In this document: positions 27,294-37,482 of the stretch, one piece after another
How positions within the stretch are numbered: position 1 is the stretch's first letter
How the letters are laid out: each line of letters opens with the position of its first letter
NCBI GenBank assembly: GCA_964629715.1
Contig: CAZVQY010000001.1
Location: forward strand, 1 to 58,705
Length of the DNA: 58,705 bases
Source: an uncultured Candidatus Saccharibacteria bacterium
GTDB taxonomy: Bacteria > Patescibacteriota > Dojkabacteria > SC72
Direction: 5' to 3'
Notes under the pieces: model-generated
The model's database searches: none
Told to the model about the DNA's origin: nothing
The model's input: the letters and a program-made list of their open reading frames with translations, nothing else
Translations under genes and position numbers: made by a program

Positions 27294-28510
27294 TATTCTT
27301 GAATTATTATCTTTCTAATATGTTTTCCTGCTTTTAATGTTAGAGGCGATAATTCTGAGATATTTATCACTTCATTGAATGATATCTTCCTCTTTTCATT
27401 GATCTTTACGGCACCTTGCTCTACTAGTCTTCTAGCATCACTCTTACTTGATGCAAAGCCAACTTTTACAAGGAGCTCATTGAGAGGCAGTTTACTCTCA
27501 ATTATTTTAGTAAAGGGAATTTCACTTTCAATATTCTTTTTTTGAAAAACAGACTCAAAAACCTTTTGAGCATTCTCTGCTTGCTCGGGTGACTTAAGTT
27601 CTGCTGTAATTTTAAGTGCTAGCTCTTTCTTTAGGCCCATTGGATTTTCACCAGAGCCTAATCTCTTTTTGTATTCTTCAAGCTCTTGAAGTGTTGAAGA
27701 TGTAAGAATCTCGAAACCAATTAATATCTTTTCATCATCGAAGGCCATGACTTTCCCATATATATCCTCTGCACTATTATCTAGACTAATTGCATTCCCT
27801 ATAGATTTACCCATTTTCTGGCCATCTGATGTTGTAAGGAGTTTGCCAGTTATGATAATCTTCTCTTTCTTGTGATGGTTGGCAACCATATCTCTTCCTA
27901 CAAGCATATTGAAGAGCTGATCGTTACCTCCAACCTCAATATCCACATTCATCGCTACAGAGTCGTATCCTTGTACTAAAGGGTAGAGAAATTCATTCAG
28001 ATGGATAGGACTGTCATTTTTCAATCTTTCTTGGAAGAGGCTTCTTTTGAGAAGCTGTTGGACAGTAACTTCAGATGCGAGATTTATTACATCAGCAAAG
28101 TTAAGTTTCTCATTCCATTCGCTGTTGTAGAGTACTTCGACAGGGTTCTCCTTGTTGAAGATATCTACAATATGAGATGCCTGTTCTACATATACCTTCA
28201 TGTTCTTTTCGACTTCTTCTTTTGAAAGCATTACTCTTGTTTGTGCCTTGTCAGGATCTCCTATTCTTGCAGTGAAATCACCTATGAGAAAAATAACCCT
28301 GTGACCCAGTTTCCTGAAATCCTCAAGCTTCCTCATACCAACAGTATGGCCGATATGCAAACTTGGGGAGCTTGGATCAAATCCTTGGTAGATAGTGAGT
28401 CGCTCACCAGAGAGGAGTTTCTCTTTCAAAGCATCCTTTGAGGGTAGTATCTGCTCAACCCCCTTATTTAGGATTCTTTCTATTATATCTATGTCTCTCT
28501 TTATTTCCAT
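27293..28510 (-). CDS. tyrS: tyrosine--tRNA ligase
   Basis: The HIGH motif lies in SLHIGHTVG and KMGKS stands for KMSKS. A C-terminal S4-like domain is present (SKSDARRLVEQGAVKIN). Confidence 0.93.
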   Translation of the reverse strand: MEIKRDIDIIERILNKGVEQILPSKDALKEKLLSGERLTIYQGFDPSSPSLHIGHTVGMRKLEDFRKLGHRVIFLIGDFTARIGDPDKAQTRVMLSKEEVEKNMKVYVEQASHIVDIFNKENPVEVLYNSEWNEKLNFADVINLASEVTVQQLLKRSLFQERLKNDSPIHLNEFLYPLVQGYDSVAMNVDIEVGGNDQLFNMLVGRDMVANHHKKEKIIITGKLLTTSDGQKMGKSIGNAISLDNSAEDIYGKVMAFDDEKILIGFEILTSSTLQELEEYKKRLGSGENPMGLKKELALKITAELKSPEQAENAQKVFESVFQKKNIESEIPFTKIIESKLPLNELLVKVGFASSKSDARRLVEQGAVKINEKRKISFNEVINISELSPLTLKAGKHIRKIIIQE

Positions 28511-28591
28511 ATCGTAATTATATATGTAATATCATAAACTTTCCACTTGTAAGATCTATAATTTCTGATCATAATTCAGATACATGGTATA

Positions 28592-29380
28592 ATGTTATAC
28601 GATATGGTGAATAACCTTCATTCCTACAGACTTTCATGTTTGTCTGGTACTACAGATTTTGTTATGCAGGAATTAATGTCTAAGTTTCCTGATGTAGCTA
28701 TAACAGAGAGAAATCCTAGCGAGATATCTCTTCTCTCTACTCAAATAGATATCGAGATATTCCGTTCCCTTCATTCCCCTACTCATATATCAAATGAAGA
28801 TGGAAAAATACTAAATCTCTCAAGGCCAACATGGAGAAAAGGTTTTGTTCCAGCGGGAATAAATCCCTCACTTGCATATATTATGTGTATGATTGCAGAA
28901 CTTTCATCTGAGAATATCCTCTATGACCCATTCTGTGGATCATCAATAATCCCAATTACAGCATTAAAATATTATCAAATAAAGAGAGTAATCTGTTCAG
29001 ATATTAGTAGTAGGGCAATATCTCAGTCTGAGATAAACTTCAGGAGTGCAGGTATTGAACCAATAAAATACAAGATGTTTAGAAGTGATATCTCAAGGCT
29101 TAAGATAAACAAAAGAAACATTGATAGAATTCTTAGCAATCTGCCTTTTGGTATACGAGAAGGTAATCATCAGGGAAATATCCAGGCATATTTAGATTTA
29201 GAGAAGGTTGCTCAGAGGCTATTGAGAAAGAAAGGATTGTTGGTTCTGTTAACCCAAGAAAAGCAGTTGATTTATGAGACATTTGATAAAAGTAACTGGA
29301 ACATTAAGAGTGTTGCTAGCGTAAATGAAGGTGGATTGAATCCTGATATATTTTTGATTAAAAGAAGTACTACTTCTTAA
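28592..29380 (+). CDS. putative RNA (guanine-N2)-methyltransferase, UPF0020/Trm14-RlmL-like
   Basis: Motifs include WRKGFVPAGINPSLAYIMCMIA, motif I DPFCGSSIIPITA and motif IV SNLPFG. Confidence 0.65.
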   Translation: MLYDMVNNLHSYRLSCLSGTTDFVMQELMSKFPDVAITERNPSEISLLSTQIDIEIFRSLHSPTHISNEDGKILNLSRPTWRKGFVPAGINPSLAYIMCMIAELSSENILYDPFCGSSIIPITALKYYQIKRVICSDISSRAISQSEINFRSAGIEPIKYKMFRSDISRLKINKRNIDRILSNLPFGIREGNHQGNIQAYLDLEKVAQRLLRKKGLLVLLTQEKQLIYETFDKSNWNIKSVASVNEGGLNPDIFLIKRSTTS

Positions 29381-30575
29381 TGTATTTTCTATTAATTAGT
29401 TTGTCTGGCATACATTGTTGTCCTGATTTCTTTGATTCTAAGTCATGGTCGTAGATATATCCCTTCCCATACCCAATCTCTTTCATCAGTTTTGAAGGGG
29501 CATTACGAATATTCATTGGAACTGGTAGATTCCCATATTTTTCGATATCTTGTTTAACCAATCCTTCAGCAATATATGCGGAATTATCCTTCGGTGCATT
29601 CGAAAGGTATATTGACAATTGCATAAGGAAGATCTCACATTCGGGCATACCAATCTTTTGGCATGCTTCATATACAGAATTTGCAAGAATCACAGCATTA
29701 GGATCCGCATTTCCAACATCCTCACTTGCAAATCTTAACATTCTTCTTGCTACATACAATGGATCTTCTCCTCCTGCTAACATTCTTCCTGTCCAATAGC
29801 AAGCTGCATCTGCATTTGAGGAGCGCATCGATTTGTGAATTGCAGAGATGATATTGAAGTGCTCTTCTCCTGCTTTGTCATAATATATCGGTTTCTGGAT
29901 TGTATTGACAAGGATATCTGTAGTTATTTCTTTCTTCTCGGTAGCATTCGCACTAGCTAAAGTGGAGCTCATTTCTAGGATATTTAGTGCTGAACGAATA
30001 TCTCCATTGGCCAGATTTGCCATCTGTTCAAGTACTCTCTTTGTAATCTTTATGCTCGAATATTCTTCCTCTGAAATTCTCTTTAAGAGTTTGAAAATAT
30101 CTTCCTCTGTCTGTTGTTTAAAAACGAAGACTTTTGTTCTTGATAGAAGGGCGGAGATTACTGTAAATGATGGATTCTCTGTAGTGGCACCAATTAATGT
30201 AATTACACCTTTTTCAACATAAGGGAGGAGTGTATCCTGTTGAGCTTTGTTCCATCTGTGTATTTCGTCAAGGAAGAGGATTGTCTTCTTGCCGTATTGC
30301 TGATTTCCCATTGCAATCTTAATTATTTTCCTTAGGGTATCTTTTCCACTTGTAACTGCTTGGATTTTGTGAAAGTCATAGTAGAGGTTGAGTGAGAGTA
30401 TATATGCCAGGGTTGTTTTTCCTGTTCCAGGTGGCCCCCAAAAAATCATTGATGGTATGTTCCCTGTTTCAAGGAATTTTCTAATAGGTCCATCCTTCCC
30501 TACAAGGTGTTCCTGTCCAACAAATTCTTCTAAAGTTTTTGGTCTGTATTTTGAAGCTAAGGGCTCATTGCTCAT
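29370..30575 (-). CDS. rarA: replication-associated recombination protein A (RarA/MgsA)
   Basis: Motifs include LASKYRPKTLEEFVGQEHL, Walker A GPPGTGKTT, Walker B LFLDEIHR and the C-terminal MgsA region HFNIISAIHKSMRSS..YWTGRML. Confidence 0.92.
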   Translation of the reverse strand: MSNEPLASKYRPKTLEEFVGQEHLVGKDGPIRKFLETGNIPSMIFWGPPGTGKTTLAYILSLNLYYDFHKIQAVTSGKDTLRKIIKIAMGNQQYGKKTILFLDEIHRWNKAQQDTLLPYVEKGVITLIGATTENPSFTVISALLSRTKVFVFKQQTEEDIFKLLKRISEEEYSSIKITKRVLEQMANLANGDIRSALNILEMSSTLASANATEKKEITTDILVNTIQKPIYYDKAGEEHFNIISAIHKSMRSSNADAACYWTGRMLAGGEDPLYVARRMLRFASEDVGNADPNAVILANSVYEACQKIGMPECEIFLMQLSIYLSNAPKDNSAYIAEGLVKQDIEKYGNLPVPMNIRNAPSKLMKEIGYGKGYIYDHDLESKKSGQQCMPDKLINRKYIKK

Positions 30576-30623
30576 ATCTAATTATACCATCTTAGAAGTG
30601 AAGATCATTCCTGTTGAATAATT

Positions 30624-31184
30624 CTACTTACTCTGTTTCCCTCCACCGCCCTTTTCATATACATAAAGTAACTCTCCGTTAGCCAGTTTTGTCTTTTTCT
30701 TTGGTTCAAGCCCTTCAATACTATACTTGTAACTATAGATACTCCCACCACTATCTAAGAATTTCCCAAACTTTCTTTTCAAAATATTCATACTTCTAAT
30801 ATCAAGAAAGCAAAATATTTTAGTGAAAGGTTCTAAAGGGGCTTCAAAGATGTTCTCAACATCAAACACAATATCCTTGTTAAGAGGATATTTCAGTATT
30901 CTAAGTGTTCTTGCCACGATAATCATAATTGGGGAGAGATCCAGACCAAAACATTTGCATTTTGCATTTTCATAAGCTTCCAGTACCATCTTTCCATCTC
31001 CACATCCTAAGTCAACAAATACATCCTTTTTGGTTAAATTCATTAGACTTATTATTTCCTTAATAACTCCTCGTGGTGTTCTAAGCATAGGTACTAAAAG
31101 CAGATTGATTAGCACGGTTAGGAGAAAAGCTCCAACTAGCATAACTACAATTAAAATAAAACCTACTGTAATCCCATTTCCCAT
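30624..31184 (-). CDS. membrane-anchored class I SAM-dependent methyltransferase
   Basis: An N-terminal TM helix is followed by VPMLRTPRGVIKEI and motif I VFVDLGCGDGKMVLEA. Confidence 0.65.
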   Translation of the reverse strand: MGNGITVGFILIVVMLVGAFLLTVLINLLLVPMLRTPRGVIKEIISLMNLTKKDVFVDLGCGDGKMVLEAYENAKCKCFGLDLSPIMIIVARTLRILKYPLNKDIVFDVENIFEAPLEPFTKIFCFLDIRSMNILKRKFGKFLDSGGSIYSYKYSIEGLEPKKKTKLANGELLYVYEKGGGGKQSK

Positions 31185-31216
31185 TTATGTAGAAGAATAA
31201 TATATAATTAAGATAT

Positions 31217-31921
31217 ATGATAGATGGAATTTTATTAATTAACAAGCAGAAGGATATTACATCATACGATGTGATTCGGAAATTGAAGAAGATTCTTTTA
31301 AAGGGACAGAAGATTGGACATGGTGGCACTCTAGATCCTTTTGCGACAGGATTGCTCATAATCCTTCTTGGAAGAGGAACGAAGCTAATGAATACAATTC
31401 ATACTTTGCGGAAGGAATATGTTGTGAAGGCAGAATTTGGATATGCAACTGACACTCAAGATGTTACTGGAAAGAAGATTAATATATGCAAAGACCTAAA
31501 TCAAATACCCAGAGAGGAGATTGAAGAAAAAATAAAGCAATTCTTTTTGGGAGAAATAATGCAGACACCTCCCATTTTTTCAGCAAAAAAAATTAATGGA
31601 AGAAAGGCATATGATTTGGCAAGGCAGGGCAAAGGAGTGAAGATTGAGCCTAAGAATATGACTGTTTATTCATTTGATATAATTGGTTACAATTGGCCAT
31701 ACGTAGCCTTCTCTATATCTTGCTCAACAGGAACTTATGTAAGGACACTAATTAATGATCTTGGCAGAGAGCTTGGTACATTTGCTACAGCAATTGAGCT
31801 TGTAAGAACAAGGATTGGGGATTTTGACATTATGGATGCTATTAGTTCTAATGAGATAACTCCTGCAATTTGCGATGCTTTTCCAGAGAAGGTGATTAAT
31901 TTAAATGAATTAAATTTATGA
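31217..31921 (+). CDS. truB: tRNA pseudouridine(55) synthase TruB
   Basis: The sequence GILLINKQKDITSYDV is followed by the catalytic motif GHGGTLDPFATGLL. The stop is TGA within an ATGA overlap with rsmI. Confidence 0.92.
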   Translation: MIDGILLINKQKDITSYDVIRKLKKILLKGQKIGHGGTLDPFATGLLIILLGRGTKLMNTIHTLRKEYVVKAEFGYATDTQDVTGKKINICKDLNQIPREEIEEKIKQFFLGEIMQTPPIFSAKKINGRKAYDLARQGKGVKIEPKNMTVYSFDIIGYNWPYVAFSISCSTGTYVRTLINDLGRELGTFATAIELVRTRIGDFDIMDAISSNEITPAICDAFPEKVINLNELNL

Positions 31922-32607
31922 AGAAGGGAATTCTTTATATTGTTGCTACTCCAATTGGGAATTTAGAGGATATAACATTTCGTGCTGTTGAAGTTCTAAA
32001 GAATGTTGTCTTTATACTTGCAGAGGATACAAGACAGAGCAAGAAGTTACTAGATAGGTATGGAATTAAGACACAATTAATATCTTATAGGGATCAAAAC
32101 CACGATAGAATGATTGGAAAAATATTTGAGAAATTAGATATGGGCTTTGACTTAGCCCTTGTCTCTGATGCTGGGACTCCACTCATTTCTGATCCAGGGT
32201 ATAAGTTGGTTAGAGATTTACTAAAATCCGATTATCAAGTTGTCTCAGTCCCTGGACCATCTGCTTTGATTTCAGCACTTTCTGTAAGTGGGTTGCCTAC
32301 TGATAAGTTTGTATTCCTCGGTTTCCTTCCAAAGAGTGATTCAAAAAGAGTAAATCTCATTGAGCGATACAAGGATTTGGATAATACTATAGTGATTTAC
32401 GAATCTCCTCAGAGACTTATTAGATTACTTACCCTTTTCTCTGAAGTATTTGGTGATATTTTGGTATATCTTGCAAAAGATATCTCGAAAATAAGAGAAG
32501 AGTGTTTTAAGGGAAAGATTTCAGAGGTGCTATCGGCTCTAAAGGAAAGGAAATTTGATGAAAATCCTCATGGTGAGTTTGTCTGCATCTTTAGCAAAGA
32601 AAATTAA
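31918..32607 (+). CDS. rsmI: 16S rRNA (cytidine1402-2'-O)-methyltransferase RsmI
   Basis: The tetrapyrrole-methylase-fold N-terminus reads LYIVATPIGNLEDITFRAVEVLKNV..AEDTR. Further motifs are SDAGTPLISDPG and YESPQRL. Confidence 0.9.
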   Translation: MKKGILYIVATPIGNLEDITFRAVEVLKNVVFILAEDTRQSKKLLDRYGIKTQLISYRDQNHDRMIGKIFEKLDMGFDLALVSDAGTPLISDPGYKLVRDLLKSDYQVVSVPGPSALISALSVSGLPTDKFVFLGFLPKSDSKRVNLIERYKDLDNTIVIYESPQRLIRLLTLFSEVFGDILVYLAKDISKIREECFKGKISEVLSALKERKFDENPHGEFVCIFSKEN

Positions 32608-33497
32608 GCCTTAATGAAAAGATTCTCAAAGCTCTCATCTGTAATCCTTTCCATCTTCACCATTGAGACTCCCTTAACATCACAGGCAACTTCCATAATC
32701 TCTCTGATATCCAAAGGCTGTGAATATTTTTCTCTCAACTTCTTATTTGTTCTTACAGATTGAGGAGGAAGAAAAGGTCCATCTGTCTCAAAAAGAATTC
32801 TCTCGAGTGGTGATTCTTTAAGGATTTCTCTCACATTGGAACCACTTTTGTATGTGATAATGGCATTAAAACCTATATGAAAACCCAATTCTAAAATGTT
32901 GTCTAATTGATCTAATCTCCCTGTATAGCTATGGAAAGAGCCTCTAAGGAGTCCCTTGCCCTCCTCTGCAACAATCCTAATTGTATCATTCATACACTCG
33001 TCACTTCCGTTAATATCTCTTGCATGTATGCTTAGAGGCAAAGAATTCTCAAGAGCTAAACGTATTTCCTCTTTAAACATTATTTTCTGTACCTCCTTAA
33101 GTTGTTCTTTCATGTCCTGGGAGTAAATATTATTTATGGAAAATTGATAATAGTCCAATCCGCATTCTCCTATTGCAGAAACATTACCTTTATATTTCTC
33201 AAATATCTCTTTAAATCTCGCAATTTCTTTCTGCGATTTCTCATAGATATTCTCCTCCAATCCTCTCTCCACAGAGATTTCTCCAAAGTATGTTGGGTGA
33301 AGTCCAAGTGCAATCTGAATGACATTGGGATATTTCAAATTAGCCTCCTGCGCAATTTTAAAATTGTCATCAAAATCTAAAATGTCTGTACCTTGGGTGA
33401 GTATGTGTTTACCACCATTCTCAACAAAATTTCTTATTACTTCATCTCGATTTGTTTTCAATGGCTCCATTGCCATGTGTATGTGTGAGTCATGCAT
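32604..33497 (-). CDS. TatD-family metal-dependent hydrolase
   Basis: Motifs include N-terminal DSHIHM, AIGECGLDY, LSIHARD, SFHSYTG and FETDGPFL. Confidence 0.85.
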   Translation of the reverse strand: MHDSHIHMAMEPLKTNRDEVIRNFVENGGKHILTQGTDILDFDDNFKIAQEANLKYPNVIQIALGLHPTYFGEISVERGLEENIYEKSQKEIARFKEIFEKYKGNVSAIGECGLDYYQFSINNIYSQDMKEQLKEVQKIMFKEEIRLALENSLPLSIHARDINGSDECMNDTIRIVAEEGKGLLRGSFHSYTGRLDQLDNILELGFHIGFNAIITYKSGSNVREILKESPLERILFETDGPFLPPQSVRTNKKLREKYSQPLDIREIMEVACDVKGVSMVKMERITDESFENLFIKA

Positions 33498-33549
33498 GAT
33501 TTCATTCTACCACATATCAAAAACTAGAAATGTGATAGAATAGTATCTG

Positions 33550-34251
33550 ATGGAACAACAAAAGAGAGTGAACTGGGTATTGGTCATAACTGGGGTATTG
33601 CTTCCAGTATCAATAGGCATTTTTATATTCCAATTTATTTCCAAAGAGAATAAAGCATCGTGTCATTTTGAAGGACACGAGATTCAATATGGCTCAGCAA
33701 TCGTTTCATCAACTGGACAGAGCTGTGTATGCCTCGCAGAGGGAAAGATGAAATGTGAAGAGAGTCAAAAGGAAAATACACAGGAATCTTTCTCTACAGA
33801 AAATTTGGTTTTCGAATATTGCTATTTAAATACAATATCCGAAAGCACAAATGACCTCTCAAGAGTTCAGCTTACGGATGTCAATCAGAATGGGAAGGAG
33901 CTAGCTATTCTCTTCGATAGAGAGGCTTTATGCAATGAGGATTTTGAAGCCCCTAGCCAGGCAGGTTACTATGAGAAATATGATAACAAGCTTGTGCTTT
34001 CTACGATAACCAGTAGTGATACGGATAAATTTAATATCCCCTGTCTTGTCTCAAACTCTTTTAAGTTTTCAGATTTTGATTTCACAAATATGGATAATCT
34101 TGAGATATATTATCGAAATGAGAAAGGGACAGAATTCAATCTAATGGTATGTATGTATAACGGAATGCTGTATGGTGAAGGAGATATTTTCTCAGGTAAA
34201 AAAGGTAAGCCTGTATGCAATTGTAAAGGTGGTGAGGTTGTATGTGATTAA
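33550..34251 (+). CDS. membrane-anchored or secreted cysteine-rich protein of unknown function
   Basis: It has an N-terminal TM/signal anchor (VNWVLVITGVLLPVSIGIFIF) and 11 Cys. A C-x20/21-CxC-x6/7-C module occurs at both ends of the mature part. Confidence 0.7.
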   Translation: MEQQKRVNWVLVITGVLLPVSIGIFIFQFISKENKASCHFEGHEIQYGSAIVSSTGQSCVCLAEGKMKCEESQKENTQESFSTENLVFEYCYLNTISESTNDLSRVQLTDVNQNGKELAILFDREALCNEDFEAPSQAGYYEKYDNKLVLSTITSSDTDKFNIPCLVSNSFKFSDFDFTNMDNLEIYYRNEKGTEFNLMVCMYNGMLYGEGDIFSGKKGKPVCNCKGGEVVCD

Positions 34252-35277
34252 TTAAATCACTACCCCTACATAAAGTCCAAGAATTGAAGCAACTAGTGTG
34301 AATAACCAAAATCTCATAACAACCTTATATTGTGGCCATCCATTAGCCTGAAAATGATGATGTATTGGAGCAATTTTAAATACTCTCTTCTTGAAAAACC
34401 TTAAGCTAATTATCTGGATAAAACTTGATGCCATAATGAGCCAGGTAATTGAGGACATAATGAAATAAGGGAGAATATTGTTTGTTACAAGCCCAATAAA
34501 AAACATGGCAAACCCAAGAGGCATTGCACCAGGGCCTCCATTCCAGAATCTTGCGGGAGGGATATTAAAGTAGAGATCTACTATCTGTACTCCCTGTATT
34601 ATTGCTAGAATTGGGATAAATTCATATTGTTGCTGAACTAAGAGTAGTATTGTCATGAAAAGATTTATTATTGTGAATGTCCCAATCATTAGTCCATCAG
34701 CTCCATCTGTTAGCTCAGCAGAATAAATTGCAAACTGTCCGACTACTCCTGAAATAGCTGCGATAACTGGTGTGAAATTTAGGACAATACTATTTAAGGG
34801 AGTAATCTCTTTAAGATATCCAATTTTTTGCAGGATCATCATAACACCGATATTTAGAAGAATTGAGAAGAAAAGCTTTCCAACTCTCCACCCAAATGTT
34901 TCTTGAAAGGCTCTCATTCTTGCATTATTTTTAAAGCCATTTGTAAAGACAACTACATCTATCAACCCCCATACTCCGAAAAGAATAAATCCAGTAAGAA
35001 AAACTTTAACAACTTCAGTAATTGGGATTGTTAGAAGGATTATTATTGGGACGATTATTAGAATTATGAGTCCACCCATATTTGGAGTTCCATTTGTAGT
35101 AGTAGTCTTCATTATTTTTATGAAGAGAGAATTGTCCTCATCTCCTATCTTAGTTTTTTTGATACCACTGACTTGGTTAAATTTGTACAACAGAGAAATC
35201 ATTATTGGGGCGAAAATAGTTGATATCCCAATAGCTAGGAATAATAGCTGTAAACTTTTTGTAAGGACTTCTTGCAT
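34252..35277 (-). CDS. mraY: phospho-N-acetylmuramoyl-pentapeptide transferase MraY
   Basis: It is a polytopic membrane protein with TDGADGL, GGPGAMPLG and APIHHHFQ motifs, and lies in the dcw context. Confidence 0.9.
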   Translation of the reverse strand: MQEVLTKSLQLLFLAIGISTIFAPIMISLLYKFNQVSGIKKTKIGDEDNSLFIKIMKTTTTNGTPNMGGLIILIIVPIIILLTIPITEVVKVFLTGFILFGVWGLIDVVVFTNGFKNNARMRAFQETFGWRVGKLFFSILLNIGVMMILQKIGYLKEITPLNSIVLNFTPVIAAISGVVGQFAIYSAELTDGADGLMIGTFTIINLFMTILLLVQQQYEFIPILAIIQGVQIVDLYFNIPPARFWNGGPGAMPLGFAMFFIGLVTNNILPYFIMSSITWLIMASSFIQIISLRFFKKRVFKIAPIHHHFQANGWPQYKVVMRFWLFTLVASILGLYVGVVI

Positions 35278-35311
35278 ATTACGAAAATAATCATATTAAC
35301 TCTTCATTATC

Positions 35312-37174
35312 TCAATTTTTCTTCATAATTTCCATATCATCTGCAATTGCCAAGAAGAGATCTTGCCACAGAGGCGCTGCTGTAAGAGATGCAAAATTGG
35401 CAATTTGTGGCTCCTCTAATCTTAATATCATCAACATTTTGGGGTCTTCTGCTGGTGCAAAGCCAATTACAGTGTCGTTTGTATAATCAGTTTTATACCC
35501 AGCGGTATCTTGCTTTGCAATTTGTGCAGTACCAGTTTTAGCTGCAATAGAATATTTATCGAGCTTTTTAACTAATCCTCCAAACAGACCATCATCGACT
35601 GCCTTTTTCATTGCGTCCTTCACGATATTTGCATTCTCTGCAGATATTGGCTGGGAGAGTACTTGTGGCTTTGTTTTTATACTCTCTTTCTCGTCTGTTA
35701 TCTCTTCAATGATGTATGGCCTCATCCTCACGCCTTTGTTGGCAATCGCACTGAAGGCGGATATTGCTTGTAATGAAGTAGCAGAAATACCTTGCCCATA
35801 TGAGGATGTTATGACATCGAGTTTTGTCCAGTATTCAAACGGCTTGAGATAACTTGTTGCTTCATCTTGTAAACCAATACCGATAAATTTGCCAATTCCA
35901 AAATCCTGAAGAGCTTGATAGTATTTCTCAGGATCTATTTTTAGTGCTGTTTGAGCAGCACATGGATTGTTTGAGGTCCTAAATATTCCTGATAGATCTA
36001 ATTTTCCTGCTGCTCTTTTGTTCCATGTATATACTTTTGAACTTTTTAAGTCAGAATAGCCAGTAGCTTTGTATAGATCAAGATATCCTGTATTGTCGTT
36101 ACATTTGTATTCTTTTGTGATATCTCCATTCTCGAGTGCAATTGCAACTGTAATTGGTTTCTGTATTGATCCGTATTCGTATACATCAGCAATCGCCTTG
36201 TTTTTTAATACCCATGTCTCTGGAGCCCTCCAATATTCTGAAGGATTGTATGTGGGATAATTTGCCATGACTAAAATTGCACCAGTTTTAGGGTCCATAA
36301 TAATCACAGAACCACTTTTTGATCGGGTATGTTTTACTCCTTCCTCCAGAATCTTTTCTACTTTTGTCTGTAAATTGGGAATAATTGTCAATTTGAAATC
36401 TTTCCCCTCTCTCGGTAGTACTGGTTGATACTCTGATGTCAATATCACATTGCCTGATGAATCCTTTTCTTCATATGAGTATCCCTGTCTGCCATTTATA
36501 TCTCCGAAATAGTAACCCTGAATACCATACTGTCCAACGGATTCACCTTCTGAGTCTTGCCCAATAAAGCCAAGGACATGTGCTGCTAAAGTATTATTGG
36601 GGTATATACGACGTTCTTTTCTTTCAAAATGCAAACCAAAACCTTTTGTATTATCTCCAAAGATTTCGAGATTTTCTAAAGCTTTCTTTTTCTCTGCTGA
36701 CACCTCTTTCTGTATAGATGCATATACGAAATCATCTGCGAGTTTTGATTCTACATCCTCTTTCGTTATCCCTAAGATCCCAGATACCTCCGTTGCAAAT
36801 TTATCCTTGTTGTTAAAAAAGAGTTCCCTCTCTTTCTCCTCTTTGCTGAGAGTGGCATAAACATCCCAAACTGGTTCATCTACTGCCAATACAGTATTAT
36901 CTGCTGCAGTAACTTTTCCTCTTGGAGCTATAGATATCTGAGTTGCCTTATATTGCTCTTGTGAGAGGTCTTTGAATCTTGAAGCATACACAATCTGCCA
37001 TCGGAATGCCTGTGTGATTACGATAAGGGCAAGAATAGTTATTCCCCCAACAAGATATCTGATTCCATTTGATGTTCTCTCCTCCTTTGTGCTTGATCTG
37101 GATTTAAAGCCACTTTTTTTTCGTTTTGAACTACTGTGAATATTTGCTTTGTGTATATGTGAGAGGCTTGCCAT
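35312..37174 (-). CDS. ftsI: class B penicillin-binding protein (FtsI/PBP2-type transpeptidase)
   Basis: It has a basic cytoplasmic tail and a TM segment. Transpeptidase motifs are GSIQKP (SxxK), SSYG and AKTGTAQ. It follows ftsL. Confidence 0.88.
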   Translation of the reverse strand: MASLSHIHKANIHSSSKRKKSGFKSRSSTKEERTSNGIRYLVGGITILALIVITQAFRWQIVYASRFKDLSQEQYKATQISIAPRGKVTAADNTVLAVDEPVWDVYATLSKEEKERELFFNNKDKFATEVSGILGITKEDVESKLADDFVYASIQKEVSAEKKKALENLEIFGDNTKGFGLHFERKERRIYPNNTLAAHVLGFIGQDSEGESVGQYGIQGYYFGDINGRQGYSYEEKDSSGNVILTSEYQPVLPREGKDFKLTIIPNLQTKVEKILEEGVKHTRSKSGSVIIMDPKTGAILVMANYPTYNPSEYWRAPETWVLKNKAIADVYEYGSIQKPITVAIALENGDITKEYKCNDNTGYLDLYKATGYSDLKSSKVYTWNKRAAGKLDLSGIFRTSNNPCAAQTALKIDPEKYYQALQDFGIGKFIGIGLQDEATSYLKPFEYWTKLDVITSSYGQGISATSLQAISAFSAIANKGVRMRPYIIEEITDEKESIKTKPQVLSQPISAENANIVKDAMKKAVDDGLFGGLVKKLDKYSIAAKTGTAQIAKQDTAGYKTDYTNDTVIGFAPAEDPKMLMILRLEEPQIANFASLTAAPLWQDLFLAIADDMEIMKKN

Positions 37175-37176
37175 AA

Positions 37177-37482
37177 TTACTTGTTTGCAACCACGGAAGA
37201 TTCTTCCAAGTAGACAACAGTTTTCTTGCTTGATGATGAAAGTGATAGAGACTTGTCTGCTAGTTTTTGTATTACTGTAATAGAATCACTCTTCGCTATC
37301 TTTTCTCCCATTCCCCTATTTTCTTCGACAAGGTAGTTCTTTTCACTGTTTAAACTTTGCAACTCTACACCTAAAGGTGCAAGGATTGAGTTGATAAGAA
37401 GTTGTGAGAGGATAAATGTTAGAAGTGAAAAAATAAAGAGAGCTGTGAATATATTCTGTTTTGCTTTATTAATAATTCTCAC
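37177..37482 (-). CDS. ftsL: FtsL-like cell division protein
   Basis: It is a 101-aa bitopic protein (TM followed by a short coiled segment) between rsmH and ftsI. It has a GTG start in a GTGA overlap with the rsmH stop. Confidence 0.65.
   Translation of the reverse strand: MRIINKAKQNIFTALFIFSLLTFILSQLLINSILAPLGVELQSLNSEKNYLVEENRGMGEKIAKSDSITVIQKLADKSLSLSSSSKKTVVYLEESSVVANK

Noticed and set aside
31919-31921. Possible alternative genetic code (UGA recoding), as seen in some candidate-phylum bacteria.
   Set aside because: TGA terminates truB (31919-31921), rsmD (22436-22438) and rsmH (37479-37481) at the expected protein ends. All conserved genes are full length under the standard bacterial code.
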